A stretch of DNA of 53,159 nucleotides, the filler included, from Mitosporidium daphniae (lineage: Eukaryota), in NCBI RefSeq assembly GCF_000760515.2. It is 3 parts of 3 records of this genome, joined end to end, with 100 filler letters (N's around TTAATTAATTAA, not from the genome) between each part and the next. Parts side by side here need not be neighbours in the genome. Positions count along the whole stretch, not along the records: positions 1 to 17,928 come from NW_013546124.1; positions 18,029 to 35,927 come from NW_013546123.1; 1 more part is not named here. One strand, 5' to 3'. Both the position numbers and the translations under genes were made by a program. The notes under the pieces were generated by a model. It was not told where the DNA came from and searched no databases. It saw nothing but the letters and a program-made list of their open reading frames with translations. Shown piece after piece: positions 10,216-22,286 of this stretch. How positions within the stretch are numbered: position 1 is the first letter of the stretch; each line of letters begins with the position of its first letter.

Positions 10216-12203
10216 ATGGAAATTTCTCACTCTCAGAAAATCGGAATTGCAGATCCGGCTTTCAGAGCTCGTGAGGATGATTCTGTTATTGCAATACCAA
10301 ACATTAAGGAGCAAATTCTTTTTTCGTGGCATGGAATCAGCGTATGCTCGACTTTGTCCAAGGGGACTCAAAGGCAAATACTGTCCAATGTTTCTGGTTG
10401 GGTAAAAGGCGGAGAGGTGTGTGTGTGTGCGTGTGTTTCTTATTTTATAGATGATTGCCATTCTTGGGGCAAGTGGTGCGGGTAAGTCGACACTGCTAAA
10501 TGCACTTGTGGGGCTGTGTAAAAATGACAAGCTCGCCGTTACAGGTACCATCAAGCTGAATGGCTGCGATCGAGCATCTCTGCCGATATCAAAATGGAAG
10601 CGGTGTGTTGGATATGTTGAACAGAATGATCTTCTATATCCTACGCTCACTGTCAAGGAGACCCTTTCCAGAATGGCTTCTCTTCAATTATGGAGAACTT
10701 TGTCAAAAGCGGGCCAAAAGAAACTTGTATCTCAGATAATAAAGTCTTTGAACTTGGAGCGGTGTTCTGATTCTCTTGTCGGAGCTTTAGGCTCTGGAAT
10801 CTCTGGCGGAGAGAAGAAAAGGCTTGCAATAGGCCTGCAATTGATTTATGATCCGTGTATCCTTTTCTTGGACGAGCCCACGTCAGGACTGGATGCTCAC
10901 ACGTCTCTTCAGGTTGTCAGTACTATTTCAGAGATCACGGCTGACCGTCCTTTTGCTTCATCAAAGGCTGTCATCATGACCATCCACCAGCCAAGGCTGA
11001 ACATTTTGAAGCTATTTTCAAGGATCCTTCTGCTTTCGCCCTCCGGTGGAAATTGCCTATTTTTTGGAAACATCGATGAAGCGATAAGATACTTTGATAC
11101 GATTGGATTTCCATGTCCCGCTCTGGAAAACCCAGGTGACTACTTTATAGATGTGATTGCAGAACAGCCGATCCCGCCGTTCGTCGTTGAATGTCCACAA
11201 GTTGAAAGGCAGCATGACATTAAAGATGTGCTGTCTTCAGAGCTGCAGCATACTTCTGCTCCTTTTTTTCTGCAACTGCGTGTGTTGCTGTGGCAGAATT
11301 TCGTAACCGTAATTCGCGATCGCTTCATGATATTTTCGATCTTTTTCCAAGCTCTTATTTTTTCCTTGCTGATTGGCTTTACTGTTTTCCAGCTTCCTCT
11401 TACACAGCCTTCGGTTTTGGCGAGGCTTGGAATCCTTTTTTTTCTGTCCGTAAACACTTGTTTCGGCATTGTGCAGCCCATCATCATCATATTGCCCCTG
11501 GAAAAGGGAATCGTATCTAAAGAGAGATTTTCAAATTCTTACTCTTCCGCAGCGGCATTGGTGGCAAAGTTTTGTATTTTGCTCCCTCTTCGGATAGCTT
11601 CAATTATTTTTCTTTCTGTACTGCTGTGGCTCCTTGCTGGACTTCATCGCGGTTGGGATAAAATTTGGATTCTTCTTGGGATAATGTCATCCCTGACATT
11701 TGCAGCGGTCTCTCTGGGATTGTTTATTGGCGCCGTGTCGCCTTCGCTTAAGGTAGTAGTGGTCGACATTTTTACCCCAAAATTTGGCTTTCATTTGAGA
11801 ATCGTTTTTCCTCGTTGGATATGGCACGTTTTATGCTAATTTTTAGATCTCTCAAATATTGGCCCCACTGATCATATCGGTGTTTATGATATATGGAGGA
11901 AATATGAGTCCCGCCGTCCTTGTGTCCAAACCTCTTGCCTGGCTTCAATATATTAGCCCGATACGCTATGCTTATACCGCATTGTGCCAGAATGAATTTA
12001 GGGGTCTCAAGTTTTCTGGAGTTGGATATGAAACTGGGGATTCCGTGTTGAGTGTCATGGACATGGATCGATACTCGATTGGAATCAGCGTGCTAGCCCT
12101 AATATGCATTGGGGTTTTGCTGTTCGTTGTATCTTTGGTTTGGTTTACCTTTTCAACCCGCCCTCGTATTAACTTGAAAATCAAGCCCATTTCCCCCCTT
12201 TGA
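10216..12203 (+). CDS. ABCG (White-type) half-size ABC transporter, NBD-TMD; exons 10216-10416, 10451-11752, 11847-12203
   Basis: Walker A GASGAGKST, signature ISGGEKKR, Walker B LFLDEPTSGLD, TIHQP, CP..ENPGDY, WLQYISPIRYAY..L.QNEF; introns of 34 nt (GT microsatellite) and 94 nt. Confidence 0.93.
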
Positions 12204-12210
12204 TGATCTT

Positions 12211-12240
<30 letters not shown>
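12211..12240. repeat. (GATGAC)5 hexanucleotide repeat just after the ABCG stop
   Basis: Five exact units read directly. Confidence 0.9.
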
Positions 12241-12241
<1 letters not shown>

Positions 12242-12839
12242 CAGTCATTTACAAGATTTCTTTTCATCAAAGCCACTATTTCCCACCCCAACTCAACTAT
12301 GTCGGGATTCCGATGCGTGACAACTTAATTTTAATAAACATTTCGAAATTGGCCTAAACGGGGCTCCCTTTTCGGCAGCTGTCCAGTTAATCCGTCCGTT
12401 GCAGCTATTCTTTCGGCTTTTTGGCTGGCCGTTTTACCGTTTCGAGTTTAGGTGATATCTTTTTACTTGCCGAGGCATACATGTCTTCCCACCATGGGTC
12501 AAATGCTCCATGCGTTGAGCCTATCTAGAAAAAGTCGAGTGCAAAATCCTACTCCTGCCGTGTCTTGTTGGTATGCCACTTGAATGGGCGACGTGATTCC
12601 GATCGAGTCTTTACCTAAACCTTTACCACTGCCAATTGACAACCGTTGGCAAACCTTTTCCAGCCCATCTTTTCCAGCAACCGTTGTCCATAGTGGTGAT
12701 GATTGGACATTTTTTATTTTTAAAATTACAATCTTTAAATTGGAGCAGCCAACGTGGCAAATTGGTAAACTAACTCGCGAAGCTTACTGTGAAAGTGATC
12801 AATCATTAGATTCTGATGCTTAAAATTCCATAATTGAAC

Positions 12840-14972
12840 ATGCCAATTTTGATGCCCGCAACTTCTGGAGTCATCAACATTCCCTCGCTAGATAAGAAGT
12901 CATGTGATTTTCAACGCTCCACACTTCAGTTGGCTCGGAGCTCTGGCACTGCAAATGCCAGAGACCTCTCTGAACATCTCTTTGGTGGATCTGAGAATAT
13001 TCAGACATATCTTCGCATTTCTAAATTGGTTGAAAATAATCCCGCGTTTTCCAGAGAAAAACGATACCACTACGGAAGGGCAGAGGTAAGCATGTCGATG
13101 TGGCTTTTCGTAGTGTTTACTTTCCGGGCTACATATTTCCAAAGCTATGGTTGATTTCCACAGAAAGCATCGTCCATCCATGCTTGAAGCAATGCTTCTA
13201 CGCTACTTTGTAGACGAGGCAGTGCCGGTATGGCTTTTGCTGTGGTAATTTCCCGTAGATTACGCTCCATTTCGAAATGTTTCTGCCTGTTTTAAAGGCC
13301 CAAGGTACGGATGAACAATATGCTCGATGGGGAAAAGCCGCCGAGGATTTTGGCATCATTGGCTGCTATGCACAGACCGAAATTGGACATGGATCTAACT
13401 TGAGCAACCTTGAGACAACGGCCACATTTATGCGCACAAGTGGCGGCGGTCAGTTTATTTTAAATTCGCCATCGCTATCTTCGATCAAATGGTGGATTGG
13501 CGGGCTCGGCGTTATCTCGACCCACGCTCTCGTTCAGGCGAAATTGATTATCGATTCTGTCGATTATGGGCCGCACTTGTTCATCGTTCAAATAAGGTCT
13601 TTGGTTGATCACTCTCCCTTGCCAAATGTGGAGGTTGGGGACATCGGAGCCAAATTTGGCATGGCAAAAAATGACAACGGCTGGCTTCGATTCAATCAGG
13701 CCAAGATATGCAGAAGTCAGCTGTTGTCTCGATTTGCCAGCGTTGACGAGAACGGAAACTACAACCCACCGGTTCACCCAAAAATATTTTATGGCGGCAT
13801 GGTGATTATTCGCGTGCAGCTGGTTGAGCAGGCATGGCTTTATCTTGCAAGAGCAGTGACCATCACTTCGAGGTTTTTTTGCCTGCTTACTTCTAGATAC
13901 ACGACGGTTCGACGCCAGTTTTTGTCAAAGTCTGGTGGCGATGAAAACCCGGTCATCACATACCCTTTGGTCAAATATCGGCTTTTCCCGCTAATTGCCT
14001 CTTGCTTTGTGTTCAATTGTGTCGGGGCTAGAACGGCGTCTTTATTTGACCAAATGACGGAGCAGCTAAAGTCGTACAATGCAGACCTTCTTCCGTTTGT
14101 GCATGCGCTCTCTTCTGGATTGAAATCATACTTCACATCGTATGTGGCAAATGCTGTGGAGGAGTCAAGAAAAATCTGCGGAGGTTCTTTGTCGTCATTG
14201 TTGGCTTATCTTTGTAGGTCACGGGTTTTCCAAATATTCTGGCTTCTTTCATCTTTACACGGAATATGTTGCCTCAAATACATACGAGGGTGACAACGCC
14301 CTGCTTACGCAGCAATTGGCAAGATTTTTACTCAAGTCAGCCAAGTCTGAGACGTCTCCCCTGAAATGGCTCAATGAAAGAACCCTGTCGCTCGAAAGCT
14401 CCCGCCAGCTTGCTCGAGATTCTTTCTGCGATCCCGCAAAAGACCATCTTCTTGCTGCTTTTAGACATCGATGCAAGCGCTTGGTGACCGAGTTGGCGTC
14501 CGCAGTAAAGACGTTCGGATTCGATTCTCAAAATGTACTGTGTTTCCGCGTCTCTGTGGCGTTTTGCCAATACTTTTGCATCGAATCGATGCTGGTTGCA
14601 CCAAGAAAAAACACAATATCTGCCGTGCTGGATTTGATGAGAGATGTGTATGCAATTTCGATTTTGGATTCGTTCGCTGCCGATTGGCTCGAAGATGCTT
14701 CCCTGGATGGAAAGATCTTGAAGAAATATCGTCACCATCTTGAGGCAGATCTTTTTAAAAGAATGGCTCCAGAGGTTATTAGCCTCACTGATTCCTTTTT
14801 GCTTCCCGATTTTATGCTAGATTCTGCAATCGGCTCGTCAGACGGCGATGCCTACAGGCATCTACTTGCATCGGCTTTGAGGGATCCCGTGAACGTTGAC
14901 ATTAATTCAAACAGCTCTGCATATTTACAATTTATCCGTCCCATTCTCAAAGAATCCGCCTCCAAGTTATAA
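12840..14972 (+). CDS. POX1: Peroxisomal acyl-CoA oxidase (Pox1/ACOX family) with C-terminal PTS1 SKL; introns 13086-13113, 13228-13258, 13873-13896, 14184-14217
   Basis: LHFEMFLP, GCYAQTEIGHGSN, KWWIGGLG, VGDIGAKFG, CGGHGFS, TYEGDN motifs; ends ASKL*. Confidence 0.93.
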
Positions 14973-15224
14973 TAAAGCAAATGGCTTGGACCACACTTAA
15001 TCACGCAAGGCAGTAAACACCACGCGTCAATTTACCGACGCGAACTTTTCATTAAACATTCCCCACAACAGATTGCACCAGAAATTTTAGCGCATCATGG
15101 CTGGCTGCTTACATACCATTGACACCGGACACGCCAGCATATTTTGGCTGGCTTATCGATGCTTTTCAGACTTTTACCATTTTGGGAATTTATAATTAAT
15201 TGGTTCTATAAATACAGGCTATCC

Positions 15225-17906
15225 TCACGTTGAAGCAAATTGGCTCGTTAAAATGTAGCGCCCTGATTTGGTGTTCAATACAGGACAATAATGTGCATAA
15301 AGTTTCTTGGAAGTGTTGAAGGGAATTTGCTCAACACTGGACGTCGGTTTGACACAGAAATTCAAGATTAAATAGCAAGCTTCGGGGGGGACATTTGCAA
15401 ACGAAGCGAGCATGGCCGATTTTGGTATGTTACGCATCTCGCCAACCGTGGTAACCCCGCCAACCTGCAGTTCGAAAATCCAGCTTCTAACATCAGAAAT
15501 TGACACCGTCTTAATGTACTCCGAAATTGATTTCGAAACTTGCTCAATGATTCTATTTTCACAGCCATCGGCCTGGTAATTGGCATCCTTGTGGGAGAAA
15601 ATTTCGGGGCACACAGGGAAAATGGGCGTGGCACTTTGGCTAACGAACTCGGTTATTTTGGACCAAATAAGAGGGACCAAAGTGGCAATTGGCGTGTTAT
15701 TTGGCAAAACTTCCCATTGTGATAAGAATGAATAGTACAGGACAACGAAATTGTATCTAAAATCATAATGCTCGTCCCAGGGCAATGGGCACGTTAAAGC
15801 CCTCCCAAGGATTGAACAATAGATGTTGAGTGCTTTTGCATAAAAAGAATGGCCCCTAAATAAAAATAGAAATTGAGATGCTAAACTAAGAAAGGGAAAC
15901 TCGACAACCTCATATTCAATAGGAAGGGTAAACGTGTTTAACGGGTAATCGGGGGCCATGTAGCCCAAGATTTCGGGACGTTCAATTAGGCGGCATATAA
16001 AGGAGGTAACATATGAAGTTGATTGCTCAAGATCTTTGTTGGAAATCCAAGAGTTAATTAAAAGGGCGAATGAGCCCCTGCAAAAGTAGCAAATTGTATA
16101 CAGATTCGGCATTATCTGATATTCCAAAAGAGAAGCGACCACCTTTTTTGAAAAAGAAGATCTCGGAGATAGAAGGGAATTGATTACATCAAAAAGGCGG
16201 TAAACATGGGGCCTACTACTTGAGCAATTGGAAATTGAAGGTGGATTTGTCTCTTTAAAAATGTGCGTAAAAACAAGGTCCTTCATATTTGCCGAGCCTA
16301 TGGATTTCGGCAAGGACGCTATGCCTAGAATGAAATTTAAAGAATGAACGGTAGGACGGTACGGAAGATCAATGTTTGATGTCTTGATTTTCGTGAAAAA
16401 GTGTTCTTCATCCTTTAAACTGGTAAGAAAGGAGAGGGCACAATTGTATGAAAAATTTAACAAAGATGGAAAAATCGCTATGTACAGCCTCATTTTGGCG
16501 CACAGCAAATCCTCGACGCCAGAAATGCAGGCATAAACACCCGGGTGCAAACTCTCCAATTTGAATAGCATGGTGGAAAAATCGTTCATGTCGGAAAATA
16601 AAAGAGAAAGAAACGTTGACCCTCTCATTGGAATGTTCGGATCAAACCTCTCAAAGGAAAAGAGACGCGGGCCAGGCGCAGTATTTTTATTGGGCGGGCT
16701 TCGATTTGAATTGTTAACATGAGAATGAGAAACCCTCAACAATCCTTCTCTGGAAACATTGTCAAAAATGGTGGAAAGTATCAATATCACCCGAGTCATA
16801 ATGTCTAGATACTCTTTGATCAGGGGGCTGCAGCTGTTTTTCGACAAATGCCGATCAAATATCGAGGAAATCTTTGGAATCGATAGTCTTAGCACATGGT
16901 ATGCCTCCGAAAAGTATTTCTGGTTGACAAATGTTTTACACAAAAAAAGTAGGAAAGATAGCTCTGCATGGTCAACCAAATGCGGCTGATTTACATGGGA
17001 CCTTTCTACGGATCGCATATAAAGATAATAGACCTGCTCCAATGATGCGGATAAAGTCCTTGGGTCATGAATAAAGTTCTCCACTATCCACTTGCAAAGC
17101 AGAGCAATGGAACGCCCATCAATGAGGCCGCCTTTATCAAAGTCACCGTTGGGCTCAAACAAATTTTGATAGATAAAAGAATATCTGTTTTGGGCAGTTA
17201 CCATTGTACTATTTCCGGAGATGATGCCAGCAATACTTAAATAAGGAGCGCCTGAAATTCCATTCGTTTGAGGAGATAAGATATTGTTGTTTGTCAGGCA
17301 GCCCAATATTAGTCTGAACATTCGCCGAGTGGGCTGCTCACACTTCGGAGGGCCATTTAGCAACAAGAAATCCTTCAGGATGTGAATATATGGTATCAGG
17401 ATGGACCTTTTTTCCCCAATGCTAAAGAATTTTGAAAACAAGACATCAAAGACCAGGAAGGAAAACCGGCGGATATCAAACCTTTCCATCAAATTATACT
17501 CGTCCATCCATTGTTTAAAAACGACAAAGTTTTCCGAGTGTTCATAATGAGTTGGCAACATCAAGGGCTCTGGGTTTCCGTCTGCATTTAACAAAAGCTG
17601 GATTTCTTCAAATTTCAGGCTTTTAATGGCCAGTATCAGGATCAAATTGGAGACAAAGGACACCAGAGGTTTCAAAGCATGCTTCTGGAGCAGGGTTTTC
17701 CAGAGAGCGTTCAATCCATTAACTGATTTGAAAAGCTCCAATTTGACTGCGTATTCTTTTATTTCAGATTCGGAGTCGAAATCGATTGGGTCCTCAAAAA
17801 GCCTCGGAGTTTGGACTTTGGTAAGCTGATTGATCGAGGGGTCCAGAAAATATGTCGAGTTTTTCAAAAGAAAAAGAGAAACATCTTCATCAAACATGGC
17901 AATCAT
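15225..17906 (-). CDS. Large hypothetical protein (893+ aa, no obvious introns); 5' end probably cut by the contig edge
   Basis: Uninterrupted 893-codon ORF reaching close to the gap at 17929; no confident family motif. Confidence 0.75.
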   Translation of the reverse strand: MIAMFDEDVSLFLLKNSTYFLDPSINQLTKVQTPRLFEDPIDFDSESEIKEYAVKLELFKSVNGLNALWKTLLQKHALKPLVSFVSNLILILAIKSLKFEEIQLLLNADGNPEPLMLPTHYEHSENFVVFKQWMDEYNLMERFDIRRFSFLVFDVLFSKFFSIGEKRSILIPYIHILKDFLLLNGPPKCEQPTRRMFRLILGCLTNNNILSPQTNGISGAPYLSIAGIISGNSTMVTAQNRYSFIYQNLFEPNGDFDKGGLIDGRSIALLCKWIVENFIHDPRTLSASLEQVYYLYMRSVERSHVNQPHLVDHAELSFLLFLCKTFVNQKYFSEAYHVLRLSIPKISSIFDRHLSKNSCSPLIKEYLDIMTRVILILSTIFDNVSREGLLRVSHSHVNNSNRSPPNKNTAPGPRLFSFERFDPNIPMRGSTFLSLLFSDMNDFSTMLFKLESLHPGVYACISGVEDLLCAKMRLYIAIFPSLLNFSYNCALSFLTSLKDEEHFFTKIKTSNIDLPYRPTVHSLNFILGIASLPKSIGSANMKDLVFTHIFKETNPPSISNCSSSRPHVYRLFDVINSLLSPRSSFSKKVVASLLEYQIMPNLYTICYFCRGSFALLINSWISNKDLEQSTSYVTSFICRLIERPEILGYMAPDYPLNTFTLPIEYEVVEFPFLSLASQFLFLFRGHSFYAKALNIYCSILGRALTCPLPWDEHYDFRYNFVVLYYSFLSQWEVLPNNTPIATLVPLIWSKITEFVSQSATPIFPVCPEIFSHKDANYQADGCENRIIEQVSKSISEYIKTVSISDVRSWIFELQVGGVTTVGEMRNIPKSAMLASFANVPPEACYLILNFCVKPTSSVEQIPFNTSKKLYAHYCPVLNTKSGRYILTSQFAST

Positions 17907-17928
17907 ATCGTCCGAATCTGAAATAAAA

Positions 17929-18028
17929 NNNNNNNNNNNNNNNNNNNNNNNNNNNNNNNNNNNNNNNNNNNNTTAATTAATTAANNNNNNNNNNNNNNNN
18001 NNNNNNNNNNNNNNNNNNNNNNNNNNNN
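17929..18028. other. Artificial contig linker N44-TTAATTAATTAA-N44
   Basis: Exactly 100 nt with a six-frame stop cassette at 17973-17984; identical to the linker at 35928-36027. Confidence 0.97.
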
Positions 18029-21000
18029 AACACTCTAGAGCTGAGCTGGGCAAGACAATCGGACTTGTATATCCCAACCAGCGAGTCGCTTTTTTCATAC
18101 AGGAGGCTTTTCAGCGAAATCAATATGCACTGGGAACGTTTAGACTCGCCGCACAGGTAGTTTGCCAATCTAACAACATTGGAATTGTCCAAGGCAGCAT
18201 CTACTTCATCCAATATGATAAAAGGAGCGGGGCGGTAACTAGAGCATATTTATGATCAGGTAGCCTACCTTTGGATAGCAAATATCAGGGCAAGAGCGGC
18301 CATAGATTTCTCGCCACCGGAGAGCTGCTCCATATCACGGAATCTCTTCAAAGGAGGCATGGCATTAAATCGAATGCCCTCCAAATATGGCTCGTCGTTG
18401 TTTTCTAAAGAAAGGTAAGCAGTACCGCCAATTTTCAAGTCAGACACCATGGTCAATTCCTTGTAAATCTGGTCGATCTTGGAAGAAATGTGGTCAAATG
18501 CCTTTTTGAAAAGATCGATTCTTTTCTGCTTAATTTTGTAAAATTCAGAGAGGGCAGATCGGTACGAATTTCTAGCCTCATCATAAGAGGAAGTGGCCGC
18601 CTTCATTTTTGACTCAATGGCATCCCATTTATGAGATGCTTGCAGATTGGGTCTTATTGATTCCAGCTGGTCATTAACAGCAGCAAGTGAATCCTTGATC
18701 CTCGATTCGGACTCCACATCGTATTCGGTATTTTCATTTAAAGGCAAAGGGGAAAAGTCAATAGCAAAGGTAGAAAAAAGCTCGATCAGCTTGACCTTTG
18801 CCGCTTCGTCCATAAGAATCTTTGACGTTGAGTCATCATCGAAAAAGCTTCCCAAATGATCGGATAAGGTTGCGCTCTTCTTTGCCTGTCTCTTGCCTTT
18901 TTGTGATAGGATCAAAGATATGTCGATGTTGTCCAAATGACACATCCTAAGAGCATCATACTTGTCTTGCAAAAACTTGTCAGACAAATAGATCTATAAA
19001 GTCAGGTCCCAAAAAATCAAGCTTACCTCTGTAAAAATGAAGTCGTTGGAGCTTTGTATGGCTTGCTTGAAAAGCTCAATTTTCCTCCGTAACTGGCCGA
19101 GCTCGGAATTAAAAAGCCGCAATTGATTCTTGTTTGAAGAAAGCGTTTCTTCATAGCTTTTGATCTCCGATGCCAACAAGTCTTTGCTTGCATTTAGTTC
19201 TGAAAGACAAGTGGAAGAAGACTCAATCGCTGCTTTAGAGACCGAGATTTGCTCAACAATGTCGGAGACTTTGGCGGAGAGCATGGACTTGCTTTTGCCT
19301 TCATATGAAATCCTAGATGGTCAAAGATCAACATCGTAACTGTTCCGAAATTTTCAATATCAAGGAAGTGATAGAGTGCTTTTTTGAGACAAACTTTTGT
19401 GCCTCCTCAAGATTGTCCCTTTCAAATATATCAAGATCGGTGACATTGCAGGCTTTACAAAACTCCGAAAAGGCCTTGGCTCTGTATTTGTCAACCGTTT
19501 GCTCTAAAACGGCTATTCTTGCATCCAATCCAGACTCGTCCAGAGACCTTTGAGTGTTGGCGAGCAGCCTTTTTGTTTCTTCAATTGCGGCAAAAATACT
19601 TTCCACATCTTTTTGTATGGTGATCTTTTCATTTGATAAGTTTTCCTAAAAATTACTCCCTTGTGTTTGCTTACAATTTCGGCCCTGCAACTTTGGGCGT
19701 ACTTCTCAATCTCGTAAAGCTTCAGCACGAGACTGTTTTTGTCTTTCAAATTATTGAGCTCAGATTGAACTTGATACAGCTCGGCTGTAAGCTCATCTTT
19801 TTGCATGTTTAGTGCATCATATTCGGATAGTTGCCAACGGCTATTCTCTTCACCATTAGGCGAAGATGAAGAGGAAATCGAACCGCCAGAAAGATATCCG
19901 TTTTTGTGTATTACAGAGCCATCAATGGTTACCACTACGGTTGATCAGCCAACCAGAAAAGCCTACCTTTAGTCTTGATTTTCATTTCGTAGCATATTTT
20001 TCTTGCAATGTCCAAGGTGTCGCAAACTATGGTATTTCCAAGGGCATACATGAATGCAGGGTACAGGTCTTTTGTCTCCATGTGGATCACATCAATGGCT
20101 ATTTTCAATCCATTTCGAATCAGTGGATTTGCATGCGAAAAAAGGCCCTTAACTACCTCTGGAACGGGCTTTGAAGAGATCGAGTCAATTGGGATGAATG
20201 TCATCGGAGGAGCTCTTTGGTCTTTCAGGAAATTAATACAATCTCTAGCAACGGAAGCCCTCTCCACGACAATTGAATTTGCATTCTTGCTTAAAATGAT
20301 GCCAAGAGCATCTTCAAATCGCTTGTGAACAGGCCTACAAAGGTCAATCAGCTTCCCACGAACGCCAGGAAACAACTTTATCATGTCATTTACCAACTTT
20401 TTTGATCTTTTTTGTCTTTCCGAGGTCTGCTTGTGAATGTTAAGACTTAGCATATTTTGCAGCGTGGTTCTCAATTCGCTGGTGAGGGCCGACTCTCGTT
20501 CCAAAAGCCGGATTCTCTCCGTCTCCATGGTTTGCAGCTCATTTTTGATTGAATTTCCTTTATCCGTCGATTCGCTTAAAGCCTTTTCAGCCTGCTTCAA
20601 AAAAGAGACGGCCTTTTCTTGTTTAGTTTGATATGTTTCCAGGGTCAACTCCATTTGCCCAATGTTCCTTTTACTACGTTCCAGCTGCTCGTCATATGGA
20701 ATTCTCTGTGATTTCAATTCTTCTAGTTCGAGCATTTCCTTTTTTAGCTCGCGTTCAACTTTTTCCTTTCTAGAAAGAATTAATACAGTGTTCCAGACAT
20801 ACATTGACTGGTATTCCGCTAACAATCGTCGATCTTTCGGCTCAAAATTGGCAGTCTCTTCCAGCGCTAAAAGAACCGATTGCAATCTGTCTTTTTCTAC
20901 ATGCAGACGAACAATTGTTTGTTCCTAAAATACAAAAGGTCAAAAAAGTTACCGATTTCTGGATATCCTCGGCAATTGATGCCAAGGTTTGCTCTAAAGA

Positions 21001-22055
21001 AGCACACTTTTTAGCGTCGGATTTAGCTTTTGCACAGATCTGGCTTGATTTGTGGTCATTTTTTTCCATCGTTGACTTTACTGAGGCAAGATCACTTTCA
21101 ACACTTAAGGTTTGCAAATTTAGCTCAGAAATCCTTGCCTTTAAGTGGGTCAAGTTTTCGTTTTCAGAAGCCAGGGATGACTCTGATGACTCCTTTTCGA
21201 GTCTGAGCGCCGTAAGCTTATCCACGTTTGCCTTGATGTACGACTCTATTTTAAACAGGGAGAGTAGGGCCTGTTGCTTAATCAAAGCATCCTATTGCAA
21301 ATAAATGTGTTCAAGCTTACCTTTTGCAATAAAAGATTGTCGTACTTGGAATGCTCTGATTTCTGCTCCTTTGCAACTCGGTATTCGGAGGCAGCAAGCT
21401 TCCTTTGGTTTGCCGCTAAATTCGATGTCTCCAGTGCAGAATCCACAGCCGCTTTATACACTTCATAATCGCCCTTCAGAGGATCGGAGCTAATCTGAGC
21501 ATAATTTCAGCTTACCCGCTGATTTGCTCAAAGAGTTTAGTGAGCTCCTTGGGTGACTTTGAAGAAATCGACTCAATATCTCCCTGGAAGACGAGAAAGT
21601 TCTTGGCCCTTATCAGGATGTTCTCGGATTCCAAAACAGAGCTGTATTCCGAGTAGCTCAATACTTTTCTGTTGATCGAATATTCAGTTGCACCAGATGA
21701 TAAAACCCTATGAAAGCCTTGAATATCGCGGTACCTTCTACAGAAAATCGACATTTCCATGTCCTCTTTCTCGTAGTACAAAGAGACAGAAGCAAATTTA
21801 CAGCTCCCATTGGGCGATGCGCCTTTGTAGATCAAGTCCTTGAAATTTTGAGATCTCAGCAAATGAGACTGCAGCCCAAGTACAAAGGAAATGGCATCCA
21901 TAATATTCGACTTTCCTACTTGATCAGAAACCCCGAAATATACCTGCTCCATTAGGACCAATGATGGAGGTAAAGTTTGAAAACGGGCCGATCACATGCA
22001 CGCCCTGGTAAGATTTGAAGTTCTCCAACTCGAGCTTGTGCAATTTTCCTGTCAT
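18029..22055 (-). CDS. SMC1: Cohesin subunit Smc1, multi-intron, last few codons truncated by the gap
   Basis: [50 protein letters not shown] motif, hinge [55 protein letters not shown]. Confidence 0.95.
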
Positions 22056-22286
22056 TAATTTATAAAATTCGGGAACCAATTGGGTATGTACACCCTACAC
22101 TCGATACCCTAACCCTGGTTTAAAATCAATCTCTGTGCTGCATGAGAATGCCGGTGTAAAAGATTGCTTTTGCTGGTTGTATTTTGAAAATGCACACAAT
22201 ATTTACGCTGTACATTTTAATTCATACCAGAGCTATTGATTAAAAATCGGATTTATTCGCGATTTTTAATATTGCCAGCCCATTAG

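Noticed and set aside
15000..15220. ncRNA or MCB (ACGCGT) element between ACOX and the orphan gene
   Set aside because: Only short hairpins (CGCGTC/GACGCG, GCCAGC/GCTGGC); the site is between convergent 3' ends and has no recognisable snRNA or snoRNA boxes
17973..17984. TTAATTAATTAA islands inside N runs (also 35972-35983) as a biological motif
   Set aside because: Identical 44+12+44 layout twice with stops in all frames; this is a concatenation linker
22106..22116. Telomerase RNA template (CCCTAACCCT)
   Set aside because: It lies in a ~230-nt divergent promoter with no recognisable pseudoknot or other telomerase RNA element; a promoter telobox is the simpler reading
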